DNA of 32,015 nucleotides, from IMG/VR virus record IMGVR_UViG_3300033405_000056, positions 1 through 32,015 of that record, one strand, 5' to 3'. The notes under the pieces were generated by a model. The model was not told the DNA's origin, made no database searches, and saw only the letters and a program-made list of their open reading frames with translations. Origin of the DNA: a virus. Its lineage: Duplodnaviria > Caudoviricetes. The translations under genes and the position numbers were made by a program. This document shows positions 1 through 8,141 of the stretch, one piece after another (the first letter of the stretch is position 1; the number at the start of each line of letters is the position of its first letter).

Positions 1-1
1 C

Positions 2-727
2 CATCTTGGAGCCTGCGGGCACGTTTGGTTCGATAAACGTGCCAGGCTTGTTGGGATCCTCCATCAGAGGGAGCTGGCTCGGCCCGAGTAACGTGTCGGG
101 CGCCCAGTGTGGCGCCGGCGCGGCGTTCTTGCTCGCATTCCGGGAACGCGCCACGCCCATCAACGAATCCGCGGTTTTGAACGGTATGCGTTGGTCGGGC
201 GCAAGGCCGTTCACGCCGTTGAAAGCATCGCCCAGTTGCCCTGGAGTGACCGAGTTGTTTTCATTGAGCGGCAATTCCTTGGCTTGGGCTTCCGACGCGG
301 CGGCTTGCGCCTTATCTGGCATGTACCAGGCCTCGCCATTCGAGGCGTAGTGTAGATGGAAGTCGCCCTGCTGAATGCCCGCCAGGCGGGGATCGTCGGC
401 CGGTTCGTGATTGTCCCTCGCAAGAGTCGGTTGTCCCGTGTTGCCGATTTGCACGGGGTCGAACTTCGGCACGCGATAGCCGCCCAGTTGGAGGAGTCCG
501 CGCTGCTCGGTCGCGAGATCGTTGGCCTTTTGCTGGTCGAGCTTTACCTGTTCGAACTTCTGCGCCTGTTCCTGCTTCTGCTGCTGGAACGCGGCCTCGC
601 GCAGCGCTTGCGCGAACTGCAGGCCTGCGGCATAAGCGTGCGCGCCTCCCTGCGCGAAGCCGGATGCGGCCTCGATCGAGGGGTTGCTCAGATTGAGCTG
701 GGGAGCTTCTGGTAATCCTACGGCCAT
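2..727 (-). CDS. Putative ejection/internal virion protein, truncated at the window edge
   Basis: ATG at 727 after a GGAGG SD; frame is open to the left edge (MAVGLPEAPQLNLSNPSIEAASGFAQGG...QQQKQEQAQKFEQ); Gln/Ala-rich and follows a pilot-like gene. Absent from the ORF track because it has no stop in the window. Confidence 0.65.
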   Translation of the reverse strand, partial: MAVGLPEAPQLNLSNPSIEAASGFAQGGAHAYAAGLQFAQALREAAFQQQKQEQAQKFEQVKLDQQKANDLATEQRGLLQLGGYRVPKFDPVQIGNTGQPTLARDNHEPADDPRLAGIQQGDFHLHYASNGEAWYMPDKAQAAASEAQAKELPLNENNSVTPGQLGDAFNGVNGLAPDQRIPFKTADSLMGVARSRNASKNAAPAPHWAPDTLLGPSQLPLMEDPNKPGTFIEPNVPAGSKM

Positions 728-730
728 GGC

Positions 731-1273
731 TTATCCTCCACTCGGTACGCTAATTCCGGGAATGCCCGGCACTCCGAATCCGGCGCCGGCCCCGAAGCCC
801 CACGACGAGCTGCTCCCGGTACCGCTGGCATTGCCGGCATTGCTCGATCCTGGATTCGCATACGCGAATTCGAGCGCATCAGCGAGCGTCGTGTTATTTT
901 GCTGCAGTTGGAGGCCGCCGCCGCTTGCCAGGTTGTTTCCCTGCGCCGCCTGCCTTGCCAGTTCCGTCTGCAGGCCTGCCTGCCCGGTCTGTCCGCTTTG
1001 CCCGAACCCGCGGCTTGCCAGGAACCGGTTGATCGCCGTCCCGCCCGCTGCCGACGTCTGATTGATTTGGTTGGCGTTCCCCGTCTCGACCGCTTGCACT
1101 TGCGGCGACGTCCCCCCGCTCGCCGCCGATGGCACCAGGCTCGATAGCGCTTGCGCCAGGAGGTTCTGCAGGCTGTACTGGTTGCCGCTGTACGTCGGCT
1201 GACTGGTCGACGAGCTGGTCGATGATGTTTTGCTGCTGCTGCCGCCGGTCGATCCGCCTAAACTCAGTCCCAC
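731..1273 (-). CDS. Gly/Ser/Gln-rich DNA ejection (pilot-like) protein
   Basis: GTG at 1273 lies 8 nt after GAGGA; MGLSLGGSTGGSSSKTSSTSSSTSQPTY... and 'FLASRGFGQSG' resemble podophage ejection proteins; position after a GNAT gene fits. Confidence 0.65.
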   Translation of the reverse strand: MGLSLGGSTGGSSSKTSSTSSSTSQPTYSGNQYSLQNLLAQALSSLVPSAASGGTSPQVQAVETGNANQINQTSAAGGTAINRFLASRGFGQSGQTGQAGLQTELARQAAQGNNLASGGGLQLQQNNTTLADALEFAYANPGSSNAGNASGTGSSSSWGFGAGAGFGVPGIPGISVPSGG

Positions 1274-1751
1274 GGTCAAAGTCCTCTTTCGTTATTCCGA
1301 TACACACCGCGTTCAGCGGCTTCCCATCCCGTAGCGTGTGATTTCTCAGCACGCCCTCAATCTGTCCCCCGCTCCGTACCGCGAGCGCGATCGCCAGGCG
1401 GTTATTCTCAGGCACAAGGCCCAGGATCTTGCGCACGCCCGACGCAAAAACTCTCTCGCATGCCATCCGCGACGCAGTGCCCGTATTGTTCACGCCGCGA
1501 AACTTCGGCGCGAACAGCACGTGCATGATCACGCTGGCCGGATTCACGGGCTCGAACATCGCCACGCCAGCGAGCAGGTCGTCGGCGGTGACACCGATCG
1601 CCCATAAACCGCCCTTCATCTTCATTTCGACGAATTCACCGATTGTCTTTGGAGCATAGTCGTCGCACACGATCCTGCGGACCGGACTTAACCAACTCCA
1701 TGCGACGGGCCAAAGGTGAACGGGGAAGGGGTTTAAGAGCTTTATTTCCAT
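894..1751 (-). CDS. GNAT-family acetyltransferase-like protein
   Basis: HVLFAPKFRG, KILGLVPENNRLAIALA and GGQIEGVLRNH are RimJ/GNAT-like motifs; start reassigned to ATG 1751 (MEIKLL), 9 nt after GTCGAA. Confidence 0.75.
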   Translation of the reverse strand: MEIKLLNPFPVHLWPVAWSWLSPVRRIVCDDYAPKTIGEFVEMKMKGGLWAIGVTADDLLAGVAMFEPVNPASVIMHVLFAPKFRGVNNTGTASRMACERVFASGVRKILGLVPENNRLAIALAVRSGGQIEGVLRNHTLRDGKPLNAVCIGITKEDFDRGTEFRRIDRRQQQQNIIDQLVDQSADVQRQPVQPAEPPGASAIEPGAIGGERGDVAASASGRDGERQPNQSDVGSGRDGDQPVPGKPRVRAKRTDRAGRPADGTGKAGGAGKQPGKRRRPPTAAK

Positions 1752-1794
1752 GCCCGGTTGTTCGACCCTGCCGGGAAGTCGAATTTCAGGCGTG
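1749..1794. promoter_or_regulatory. Back-to-back GTCGAA late-promoter motifs
   Basis: Minus: GTCGAA-CAACCGGGC-ATG(1751). Plus: GTCGAA(1778)-TTTCAGGC-GTG(1792). Confidence 0.65.
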
Positions 1795-1929
1795 TGGGAA
1801 ACCGAAGACGAGGACGCGGAAGAAGTTGATTTGTGCGACCTGGTGGGGCTCAAGCCCGCGCTGAGGCCCCAACTATTGAAAAAGAAAAGAGAGACTCAAA
1901 ATGCTGACCGTTTTCAACCAAATTGCTAA
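1792..1929 (+). CDS. Possible 45-aa leaderless ORF
   Basis: GTCGAA-TTTCAGGC-GTG; translates MWETEDEDAEEVDLCDLVGLKPALRPQLLKKKRETQNADRFQPNC*. Confidence 0.35.
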   Translation: MWETEDEDAEEVDLCDLVGLKPALRPQLLKKKRETQNADRFQPNC

Positions 1930-2206
1930 CCTGGCCGCGGGCGTGACCGCGATCGCGAGCGGCGTGCAGGCCGCGGCGCCGCAGCTTTCCGCTCAGTCGG
2001 CGAAACAGGCCACCCTCGCGATCGCCACGGCATCGCTCCAACAAGCCGCCGCGATCGCGCCCAATGCCTATCTTTCGGGCACGGCGGAGGCATTACTCTC
2101 CCCGATTTACGATTCCGTCCTGGCTTCCATGACCTTTCCCGCTTCGCCGGCTGCCGCCGCGCCCGTTGCCGCGAAAGCCACAGCCGCCGGAACTGTGCCG
2201 GCGTAG
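1901..2206 (+). CDS. Ala-rich hypothetical protein, possibly membrane-associated
   Basis: Fills the gap between minus-strand genes; purine-rich leader; converges on the GH43 gene. Confidence 0.6.
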   Translation: MLTVFNQIANLAAGVTAIASGVQAAAPQLSAQSAKQATLAIATASLQQAAAIAPNAYLSGTAEALLSPIYDSVLASMTFPASPAAAAPVAAKATAAGTVPA

Positions 2207-2214
2207 CTACGGGA

Positions 2215-3003
2215 TCACGGGTTCACGATTGTGGTTCCGTGGTTCGCAACGTACGGCGAAGCGATAGGCGTGGGCGCGCTCCACGTGGACCAGTTGTTCG
2301 TGCTGACCGAGTAGCTCTGTCCCACGGAGTCGGTGTTGTTGTCGAAGTAAATGATCCAGTTGTCTCCGCCCGTGTTCAGCACACATGGGCCTTCGTAGGT
2401 CGGGGAGTTCCCCCAACCTGCCCAGTTGCCGGTTTCGACAGCCGTGAATATGCCGGTGGGGGAGGACGAGGTGGCGTATTCGACATAGCCCGTGTTGTTG
2501 TTCTTGTACCAGAGATAGTAGGCACCCCCCGCGTAAACGACGTAGGGGTCGATCGAGTAGTTTCCGGAGTAGACCTGGCTGAAGCTGCTCCATGATGTGA
2601 GCGATGTGTTGAGAGCCTGGGCGACGTAAATACTGAAGGGGCTGGTGGTCAATCCGCCGCTCGTCGAAATCGCGACGTAGACATAAACGTTCCCTGAAAC
2701 CGGGTCCTGGAAAAATTCCGGTGCCCATACGCGCACGGTTCCAGAAACCCCAGGGGACACCGCAATTTCGCTTGACCACGTGCCTAGATTGGTTGCCGAT
2801 CTTATCCCAAAATTGGTCTCTACGGATGTTGAGTTTTGGCAATTAGTGTAGGCAATCCAATAGCTGCCGTCGTAGTACATGATGGAGGGGTCGCGGAGAT
2901 AGCCTGAAGATCCGTCTACCATGAACGAATCGAGCAGAGTCCAACTGATGCCGTCCGGAGACGACAGCAATTGAAGGTTTGGTGAGGTCCCGAAAGAGGC
3001 CAT
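2215..3003 (-). CDS. GH43-like five-bladed beta-propeller glycoside hydrolase
   Basis: Motifs LRDPSI, VWAPEF, SIDPYV, YYLWYK, YEGP and NHGT match GH43/clan F propellers. Confidence 0.8.
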   Translation of the reverse strand: MASFGTSPNLQLLSSPDGISWTLLDSFMVDGSSGYLRDPSIMYYDGSYWIAYTNCQNSTSVETNFGIRSATNLGTWSSEIAVSPGVSGTVRVWAPEFFQDPVSGNVYVYVAISTSGGLTTSPFSIYVAQALNTSLTSWSSFSQVYSGNYSIDPYVVYAGGAYYLWYKNNNTGYVEYATSSSPTGIFTAVETGNWAGWGNSPTYEGPCVLNTGGDNWIIYFDNNTDSVGQSYSVSTNNWSTWSAPTPIASPYVANHGTTIVNP

Positions 3004-3033
3004 TAGGTACTGGCCTGCGGCGGGTGTCGTAAG

Positions 3034-4050
3034 TCAGGGACTGGACTGGCTGAAGGAGACGAACCCTTGGCTGTTGACGGTCAGGCCGTTGATCGAGCTG
3101 CTATAGAGATCCATCGCGAACCCTGCCTTCGTCGCTGTCAGGAAAGTAGTATCCGTCTGCGAGTAAAGCGTCGTCCATCCCTGGTTGGTCGGGTCGCAAG
3201 ACACGCTGAAAGTCCGATTGGTGCCGTCGTCTTTTATCCTGAACCAGGTCGCAGGGCAAAAGGAAAACGAATCGTTTTGGTATGGCGTGCTCGAAAAGGT
3301 TGTGGCGTTGGTGAACTCATTGATCTGGATTTGGGGGGTATAGGCGGTTGCCGCCGCGAAAGCGACCGCGAACGTGATGAACTTGGTCCCATCGCTGAGG
3401 GCGATGCCGGTTGAATATCCGCTCACTGAGCCTGCCGAGGAACCAGCGATGCCCGACTGGATGGGGGGCATGAACGCGCCGATCACGCTATATGGAGTCG
3501 AGAGCGTGGCCTTGCCGTAAAAACGGATATTATCGCTTCCCGTGCCGGTGGCCGTCATCGTAAGCAAGCCGCCTGAAACGTCCACGGAGGATGAGCCTTG
3601 GTTGATCCAGGACATTCCCGAAGTCGATGGAGCGGTTAGATTGGCGAATGGGGTGTAGCCGGTGCTGGTGACGATGCAGCCGGTGGTAGTTGTGCCACCG
3701 TTTCCGTCTAGGCACAGGAGATTGCCTGTGCCGCTCACGCTGCCTGCGCTCATCAGGTTAGCGTCTGAGCCCTGCACGCCATACGATGTGCCCCACGCGC
3801 TGCCGGTAGAATTGGGCACCCCTGAGCCGGGATAGGTCGTGCCCGAAGGCATGCAACTTGTCCCGCCGCTCAGGATGCAGGTCAGGACTCCTGTGCTGTT
3901 ATTGACATATAACCGCGCGTTTCCGCTTGCTGGGTTGCCTGGCGCTGCGCGCTCGGCGAAATCCAGGTAACCGTTGACGACTGCCCCGTAGAGCGCCATC
4001 GCGAACATCGTCGTCAAAACTGCCGCTGTCCAAAGTAGTTTCTTTTTCAT
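3034..4050 (-). CDS. Tail-fibre/adhesin-like protein with a lectin-like C-terminal domain and signal-peptide-like N-terminus
   Basis: Start MKKKLLWTAAVLTTMFAMALYGA at 4050; 'APGNPASGNARLY' fibre-type motif; beta-rich C-terminus (WFRIKDDGTNRTFSVS). Confidence 0.6.
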   Translation of the reverse strand: MKKKLLWTAAVLTTMFAMALYGAVVNGYLDFAERAAPGNPASGNARLYVNNSTGVLTCILSGGTSCMPSGTTYPGSGVPNSTGSAWGTSYGVQGSDANLMSAGSVSGTGNLLCLDGNGGTTTTGCIVTSTGYTPFANLTAPSTSGMSWINQGSSSVDVSGGLLTMTATGTGSDNIRFYGKATLSTPYSVIGAFMPPIQSGIAGSSAGSVSGYSTGIALSDGTKFITFAVAFAAATAYTPQIQINEFTNATTFSSTPYQNDSFSFCPATWFRIKDDGTNRTFSVSCDPTNQGWTTLYSQTDTTFLTATKAGFAMDLYSSSINGLTVNSQGFVSFSQSSP

Positions 4051-4058
4051 AGAAATCC

Positions 4059-4793
4059 CTATCCGATCACCACCACTGATCCCGACTGCACGGTCCCGAA
4101 GGTCAGCGTGACAACGCTGCTGCTTGTTACGACCGTGCTTTCCGGTTCGATTTTGTTGCCCGACGAATCCCAGCACTGAACGATCACTGCGGTTGTGCCG
4201 AGGCTGTGAGTGACCGTGACTGAGGTGGCCGAGCTGTAAGTCGTCGAGTACTTGTTGACCGTGCCACCGCCCAGCCCGGAAACCGCTGCCGCGACGAACG
4301 CCGTGGTGGCGATCTGCGTCGTGTTTGTCCCGCTGCTCGCGGTGGGCGCTGCCGGCGTCCCGGTGAACGTTGGCGAAGCGAGAGGGGCTGCTCCGGTGAC
4401 CTCGCTAACGGTGTAATCGCCGCTTGTCGCTGTCACCGCGCCCGTTCGGCCGAAGACGGAACTGACGCCCGTGGTCAACGCGGCCGTTGCAGCCTCCACG
4501 AATGCCGTGGTAGCGAGTTGCGTGGTGTTCGTTGCCGGCGCTGCCGTGGGCGCCGTGGGTGTGCCGGTGAATGCCGGTGATGCCTTCGGCGCGAGCGCGG
4601 CGATCGCTACGCCGCTGTCGGCCCCATTTCCGGAACCATCACCTTCGAGCAGGTTGGTCACGCTGGGGATGGTGGGCGGGGTCACGTAATAGGCAGAGAC
4701 ATTCGTCGGGCTGCTGCTGTCGTTCTGCCACTTGACGTTGCTGTGCCCCGAGGGCGCCGCTGGTGTCGTGTCGTTGAAATTGTCGGTTGTCAT
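4059..4793 (-). CDS. Phage tail fibre protein
   Basis: Two copies of the fibre repeat AP(K/L)ASPxFTGTPxAPTAxxxTNTTQ(L/I)ATTAFV, plus VSSVFGRTGAVT and VTVTHSLGT. Confidence 0.85.
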   Translation of the reverse strand: MTTDNFNDTTPAAPSGHSNVKWQNDSSSPTNVSAYYVTPPTIPSVTNLLEGDGSGNGADSGVAIAALAPKASPAFTGTPTAPTAAPATNTTQLATTAFVEAATAALTTGVSSVFGRTGAVTATSGDYTVSEVTGAAPLASPTFTGTPAAPTASSGTNTTQIATTAFVAAAVSGLGGGTVNKYSTTYSSATSVTVTHSLGTTAVIVQCWDSSGNKIEPESTVVTSSSVVTLTFGTVQSGSVVVIG

Positions 4794-4794
4794 C

Positions 4795-5115
4795 CTAGTG
4801 CCCGTTGATGGTCAAGTTACTCGCGAGCGCGCCGCTGTTGATCGTGATGAAGTAGCTCACGCCATTGACCGAGATACCGCCGCCCGTTCCGGTACCGGCG
4901 CCGCTCGCCGAGTTGGAGGCCTTCACGGGTACGCCCGTGTCCACGATGAAACCATTGGAGTCGATGGTGAGCGCATTGCCGGGCTTGAGCTTACCCTTCG
5001 TCTGCAGGCCGCTGGCGCGCCGCAGGCGATCGTTAATCGCAGAAGTGAGAGCATCACTGGTCAGCCCCGAGTTGATAATAGGGATCTTCTTCGTGCCCCC
5101 CTGTACGGTTTTCAT
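4795..5115 (-). CDS. Hypothetical tail protein
   Basis: ATGA overlap with the upstream gene; ends 1 nt before the tail fibre start. Confidence 0.6.
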   Translation of the reverse strand: MKTVQGGTKKIPIINSGLTSDALTSAINDRLRRASGLQTKGKLKPGNALTIDSNGFIVDTGVPVKASNSASGAGTGTGGGISVNGVSYFITINSGALASNLTINGH

Positions 5116-8100
5116 CCGGACACCGCCACGTCAAGATCCACCCATTGCCATTCCGGAGGCGTGGCCGCGATGCTCAAAATAGCCCCCCACGTCCACTGGG
5201 CCGGATCTTGCGCCTGCGCTGCCGGTGGCGTCGGCGACACCGCAAACGGGGCATTCGTCCACTGCGGGGGCGTCGGCGGAATCGGCAGATCGCCCCAAGT
5301 CCACTGGGCTTTCGGCTCGTTGAGCGGGCGCCACCAGATCCTGCCGGCGAACAGACGTGTGCCCGCGCCCGAGATCTCGACCTCCACGCGCCGGCCGCGG
5401 ATACCCGGAGTGAGCGGAATCTTCACTGACTGCCGTACGCCGCCCGTGTTCAGCGCGCAAGTGAGCTGTTGAACCATGGCGCCGTTCGGTGAGTCCGTCC
5501 AGAGCGTGAGCGTTGCCGCCCCGTCCGTCTGCGCCTCGATTTCCAGTTTTTTGAATTCCTTCAGCCGCTCGCTGCCGAAGTCGATCGGCGTGGTGTCGAA
5601 CACGCCGGCGGGATCCGCCGAGGCTTCGTCTCCAGTAAGGTAGCAGCCCAGCTCGCGAATCTTGAGGGTTGCGCCGTAGAGGCGGAAAGCGTTGCTACCG
5701 TTGATTACCAAACGCCACAAACGTCCGACGGGATAATCAAACGGCGCGGAATCAAGCGTTAAGGGCAAGAGGATCTTCTGCCGGCCGGTGGTGGCTACCG
5801 TGTTCTGGAAACACTGCGCCATCGTGAAGCCCGGCAAGTCGCAATAGACTGTGGCCGTTACATCGCCGGTAGTCTCGATGTCGAGTTCCAGCTCGCGCGC
5901 TTCCTTCGGTTTCTTGCTTCCGAAGTCCGTCTCACGCGAATCGTAGACCGCGCCGCCCGCGGCTTCGTAGGCCTCGATGTATTCGCCGACCGGCAGAAAT
6001 TCGACGGAGGCCTCGTAGATCACGTACTTGCTGGATCCGGAAGTCTGCAGGCGGCACATGCGCCCTTCGATGGGGAGGGGTTGCCACCAGGAGGATCCGA
6101 CAAACGGCGCGTTTCCGGAGTTTGCGGGCTGCAGGCTTTGCCAGGGATTGCCGGCATAGCTGCAAAACGCGCCGTCGCCGTAGGTGGTAGTTGGATTGTA
6201 CACCGGGGCGCCGATCGCCAGGGGCAGTGGCAGCCGCATGTAGCGCCGGCCGTTTGTCCCGGTGTTGACAGTCCAGGTGCAACGGGTTGCCGCGATATTG
6301 CCCGGCAGATCGGTCAGGAAAGCCACCGTGACATCGCCGCCGAAGGTCTCTATTTCAACCGAAAGCTCTCGAAACCGCTTGATCGGAATCGCCGCCAACG
6401 CGATCGCGAAGGACCGCGGGATGTGAGTCAGGCCGCTCTCGAAGGTATGGGGCTCACTGTCGTAGACAAAGCCCGCCAAGCTCTCGTACGCCTCGACATA
6501 GACACCCACCGGCCGCATGAGTAATCGCGCACTGTAAAGCCGGAACGCCCCCGCCGCGGCCGTCAAGGCGACACGCCAGAGAAAACCCTCGGTCACAGAG
6601 AACGGGTACTTCCAGATCGCGCGGCCGGCGTTCTCCGCAATCGTAGGAGTCTGCCGGACAGCCAGCACATTGCCAGGCAGATCGGAATAGATGTTGCAGC
6701 CCACGGCGCCGCCCGACGTGTCGATGTCGAGCATCAGCTCTTTGCACTGCTTGACGGCCGCGGTGCCGAGGTCCGTCGCGAGGGTCGATGCAGCGAGCGC
6801 CAGGCGCGCTTCCACGTAGTAGTACAGGTAAACATTGTGGATCTCGCAGGCACCACTGTCCGAAGTCGAGGACCATGCGATCGCGATCGTGATGTTGGTG
6901 GCGAGCATCCCGTCATCGCCCAGTGGAAAACTATGCTTCTGTCGGCTGCCGGTACCGGTGAACGTGCCGAGTTCCGTCAACGGAGCGCTGATGGCGTTGT
7001 CGAGCGCAACATAGACCGTGACCGTGACATCGGCGCCCCAGATACCATCCACCACGACTTCGAGCCAGTTCTTCTGGTTGTCGGGCTGCCCCGCGTCCTC
7101 GAAGTGCGATTGGTAGACGCACTGGATCGGTACGGCCGTCGATCCGGACACTGGTTCATCCTCTGTCAGGAAGCCGCGGAAATCGTCGATGTTGTAAGCC
7201 ACGGCATCCGACCCGCCGCTCGCGGGCGTTGTGCCGGTGAGTCCCAACATCTGGATGCCGTCGAAGAGGAAGCCGTAAAATCGCGAGATGCCCAGCGCAT
7301 TGCGGTGGTACATCCAGCGGTCCTCTTGCTCGAAATAGACGAGGGTATTGCCGGTGTTGGCCGCGGGCAACGCGCTCGTGCCCGTGGTGCCAACCGAGCT
7401 ATCGGGCTGGCCCGTACCGTGCGCGCCTGGCGGCTGCGGAGGGGCTGCCGCGGAGATCCCCCCGCAGCATGCCGCATTGGTCAGGTTGAGGATGACCGAG
7501 CACCCGCCGCCGCCGGCACTCACCGTGTTCGAATAGCTCGTCGTAAGCGATGGCTGGTCGTCGTCGCCGAACGCGAAACAGTAACCGTTGATGGTGTCTA
7601 TCTGTTGGGCGCCCTGGTACCGAATCGTCCCGGACTCCGCGGTGTAAACGCCTCTACCGGTTGCGCTCCTGCCCCAGATCACCATGCATTCCTCCGTCGA
7701 GGAGAATGCCGTCGGGTCGCTAGGATTCCAGTGGAGGTTGGTGTTGCTGGTGTTGAAGGATCCCGGATACGTGCTGCCCGGGCAGATGTAGAACGGCAGA
7801 ATCGAGGAATACTCGGCGGCGATAAAAGCCGTTCCTCCGACGTTGTTATTGACCGTCAGTGGTCCGCTGGCCGAAGCGATGGCCGCGTAAATCGTGCATT
7901 CGTTGAAGACTTCCTGTTGGGTCAATGAGTACTCGTTGCCTTGGGAATCCGTGATGTCTCCGCATGGCCCCTGCGTATTGCTGACAGAGCCGGCTGTCAC
8001 GAACGCGATGATCGCGTCTCCCTCGGATACATCTGTGCCGAAGACCTGCTGGCCGAGATCTCCGACTGGCGAGCTCGCCGGCCAGGTCGGTGTACCCTCT

Positions 8101-8141
8101 CCACTCCCTGCCGTGATCTGAACGAATGCGAAGTTACTCAC
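5112..8141 (-). CDS. Large tail protein: C-terminal part of a nozzle/stabilisation protein with five tandem domains and a CBM5/12-like insert
   Basis: GTG 8141 overlaps the upstream stop (GTGA); repeated D(F/L)G...KxxxELxxDIxTxGxxxxxxxxDLPG units; YNPTTTYGDG...PWQSLQPANSGNAP...WW insert. Confidence 0.65.
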   Translation of the reverse strand: MSNFAFVQITAGSGEGTPTWPASSPVGDLGQQVFGTDVSEGDAIIAFVTAGSVSNTQGPCGDITDSQGNEYSLTQQEVFNECTIYAAIASASGPLTVNNNVGGTAFIAAEYSSILPFYICPGSTYPGSFNTSNTNLHWNPSDPTAFSSTEECMVIWGRSATGRGVYTAESGTIRYQGAQQIDTINGYCFAFGDDDQPSLTTSYSNTVSAGGGGCSVILNLTNAACCGGISAAAPPQPPGAHGTGQPDSSVGTTGTSALPAANTGNTLVYFEQEDRWMYHRNALGISRFYGFLFDGIQMLGLTGTTPASGGSDAVAYNIDDFRGFLTEDEPVSGSTAVPIQCVYQSHFEDAGQPDNQKNWLEVVVDGIWGADVTVTVYVALDNAISAPLTELGTFTGTGSRQKHSFPLGDDGMLATNITIAIAWSSTSDSGACEIHNVYLYYYVEARLALAASTLATDLGTAAVKQCKELMLDIDTSGGAVGCNIYSDLPGNVLAVRQTPTIAENAGRAIWKYPFSVTEGFLWRVALTAAAGAFRLYSARLLMRPVGVYVEAYESLAGFVYDSEPHTFESGLTHIPRSFAIALAAIPIKRFRELSVEIETFGGDVTVAFLTDLPGNIAATRCTWTVNTGTNGRRYMRLPLPLAIGAPVYNPTTTYGDGAFCSYAGNPWQSLQPANSGNAPFVGSSWWQPLPIEGRMCRLQTSGSSKYVIYEASVEFLPVGEYIEAYEAAGGAVYDSRETDFGSKKPKEARELELDIETTGDVTATVYCDLPGFTMAQCFQNTVATTGRQKILLPLTLDSAPFDYPVGRLWRLVINGSNAFRLYGATLKIRELGCYLTGDEASADPAGVFDTTPIDFGSERLKEFKKLEIEAQTDGAATLTLWTDSPNGAMVQQLTCALNTGGVRQSVKIPLTPGIRGRRVEVEISGAGTRLFAGRIWWRPLNEPKAQWTWGDLPIPPTPPQWTNAPFAVSPTPPAAQAQDPAQWTWGAILSIAATPPEWQWVDLDVAVSG

